Shown here one piece after another: positions 62,611 through 64,000 of a stretch of DNA of 64,000 nt. Position 1 is the stretch's first letter. Each line of letters starts with the position of its first letter. The notes beneath the pieces were generated by a model. That model searched no databases. It was not told the origin of the DNA and worked only from the letters and a program-made list of their open reading frames with translations. Source of the stretch: Bacteroidia bacterium 43-41 (lineage in GTDB: Bacteria > Bacteroidota > Bacteroidia > Bacteroidales > Dysgonomonadaceae). A program made the translations under genes and the position numbers. The stretch is taken from assembly GCA_001898165.1 (NCBI GenBank), contig MKTD01000003.1, positions 58,214 through 122,213 of the forward strand, written 5' to 3'.

Positions 62611-64000
62611 CTATTTATTATTATCTATCTGCCCCGCTTTCAATCCCCTTTTGAACCCTCTATAGGAGACCAGCGCTAAAACTATAACTACGAACAATAT
62701 CGCGTACAGGTAAACAAAGACTGCCGAAACCCCTTCGTTTTCCCCGTATGAATGTAACCCGCTTAAGAGGTAATTCACTCCCCAGAATGTCATTAGCACC
62801 GAAGCAAATGCAATCACCGATGCCAGGTTAGAGAACCAGTAATTGTTCAGTTTCTTTACCAGATGGGTATGAGTGGCCACGGCATAAACAATAACGGTAA
62901 TGAGCGCCCAGGTCTCTTTGGGGTCCCAGCTCCAGTAACGGCCCCACGATTCGTTGGCCCAAATACCGCCCAAAAAAGTACCGATGGTCATTAAAGCCAG
63001 ACCTACCAACAGCGACATGTTGTTGATAATGCTCAGCTCCCTGATGCGGAGCATGGCCATCTCTTTTTGAGTCACACTCATAATAACAAGATTGGATAAT
63101 CCCAGCAACAAGCTTATCCCGAAAAAACCGTAAGCAGCTATGGTTACGGCAACGTGAAACATAAGCCATGGAGATTTAAGTACGGGGACGAGTGTTGTAA
63201 TCTGGGGTTCCATCCAATTCAGGCTTGAAACAAAAAGGATTATGCCTCCGAAAATTGTTGCCGTCGCGAGAGTCAGATCGCTCTTTCGTCCGAAAATCAG
63301 GCCAGCAAGTATAGTTGCCCAGGATACATATACCATGCTTTCGTAAGAATTGCTCCAGGGTGCATATCCCGATATGTACCAACGCATGGCCATCCCATAC
63401 ATATGAAAAAGGAAAACCAGAAAAATTCCCAAAACGAGCATATTGGACAGGAGATCTGCCCACTTTGCCTTTTTGAAAAGCCTGAAAAAAGCCAAAATAA
63501 GCAGCAAGGTTCCCAAAACAAAATATCCGGCGCGGGTTTTACTGAAAATATCTTGTTTGTTGTAACGGATTTCCATGCGTATTTTTTTCGGGTTTATCTG
63601 TCCGGCTATATCGGCTTTTTGCTGAAAACCGGCTATGGAATCGATCATTGTGTCGGGTTGTTTCCAATCGCCACTTTCGAGCGATCGACCTACCTCTGAT
63701 AAGTACAACGGTAAAGACCGGGAAATAAACAGGGAGTCTTCTTCGGGGAAGCCCGTCAGATCATCTCCGGGTGCATACCAGGTATGGCCGGGAGCATCAG
63801 CTTTTGGGAAAAGCGCCAACAGTTTGAAGTTCAACAACTGGAAAAGGATGTTTATCTTTTCATCGAGCTTGATAATGTCTTTATCAAACTTGTTCCTTTG
63901 CGACTCGGGTTTGTGATAAGCTTCGTTTACCCCGGCAAGAAGTTTATAGTTTCCACTCGGATCAAAAACCTGGGCATACGAAAAATATTTTTCCGGTAGC
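62611..64000 (-). CDS. ccsA: Cytochrome c biogenesis protein CcsBA (fused ResB/CcsA, system II), C-terminal part; 5' end lies outside the window
   Basis: CcsA heme-handling region with the WWD-type motif (GGIWANESWGRYWSWDPKETWALI) and multiple TM helices. I checked that the minus-strand frame stays open upstream of the listed TTG (63837) to the window edge. Confidence 0.85.
   Translation of the reverse strand, partial: LPEKYFSYAQVFDPSGNYKLLAGVNEAYHKPESQRNKFDKDIIKLDEKINILFQLLNFKLLALFPKADAPGHTWYAPGDDLTGFPEEDSLFISRSLPLYLSEVGRSLESGDWKQPDTMIDSIAGFQQKADIAGQINPKKIRMEIRYNKQDIFSKTRAGYFVLGTLLLILAFFRLFKKAKWADLLSNMLVLGIFLVFLFHMYGMAMRWYISGYAPWSNSYESMVYVSWATILAGLIFGRKSDLTLATATIFGGIILFVSSLNWMEPQITTLVPVLKSPWLMFHVAVTIAAYGFFGISLLLGLSNLVIMSVTQKEMAMLRIRELSIINNMSLLVGLALMTIGTFLGGIWANESWGRYWSWDPKETWALITVIVYAVATHTHLVKKLNNYWFSNLASVIAFASVLMTFWGVNYLLSGLHSYGENEGVSAVFVYLYAILFVVIVLALVSYRGFKRGLKAGQIDNNK

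Noticed and set aside
1-64000. rRNA, tRNA, tmRNA, CRISPR arrays, riboswitches, transposases, integrases, prophage or defence islands
   Set aside because: I read all spacers longer than 80 nt on both strands. I found no cloverleaf-like or T-loop (GGTTCGAATCC) context, no regularly spaced repeats, and no ORF with DDE, tyrosine-recombinase or serine-recombinase motifs. Small or novel ncRNAs cannot be excluded without covariance-model searches.

Overview
This 64-kb window is densely packed and looks like core chromosome of a Bacteroidota (Bacteroidales-like) organism. The taxon call rests on gene content (T9SS translocon sprA directly after ruvA, a 'Bacteroides expansion' ECF sigma/FecR/STN-OMP trio, a DUF4105/Lnb-type protein, fused CcsBA). 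It also rests on repeated TAnnTTTG (-7) promoter boxes and the absence of Shine-Dalgarno sites.

I support about 53 protein-coding genes, most of them housekeeping:
- Translation, replication and secretion: rplU-rpmA, prfA, rpmE, gyrA, secA, ruvA, holA, ung, ogt, relA/spoT.
- Nucleotide and amino-acid metabolism: purM, pyrF, pyrD/pyrK, asnA, sdaA.
- Envelope and redox: ftsE, gpx, apbE and others.

I found no rRNA, tRNA, CRISPR array, transposase, integrase or recognisable defence system. I therefore cannot point to a clear-cut novel multi-gene system.

The observations most worth a second look come from the sequence itself:
1. The last 36 nt of sprA are duplicated 4.8 kb downstream, against the ftsE stop codon. 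The two copies bracket a self-contained ECF-sigma/anti-sigma/OMP cassette, which looks like an insertion scar.
2. A 28-nt intergenic repeat family occurs in three near-identical copies plus degenerate core copies. Two copies, plus a 19-nt inverted arm, bracket a small CxxC redoxin gene between cinA and ruvA.
3. A ~920-bp strongly AT-rich gap with no credible ORF and internal repeated words lies between an XRE-type HTH gene and gpx.
4. A short relic resembling the 3' end of a nucleobase permease gene sits in an intergenic spacer.
5. A DUF4105 (Lnb-type) membrane protein is paired with an alkaline-phosphatase-superfamily gene.
6. Six functionally disparate genes form a tightly packed co-directional array that includes a DUF1080-PHP-like fusion lipoprotein.

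All functional calls come from reading the translated ORFs by eye. No database search was run.
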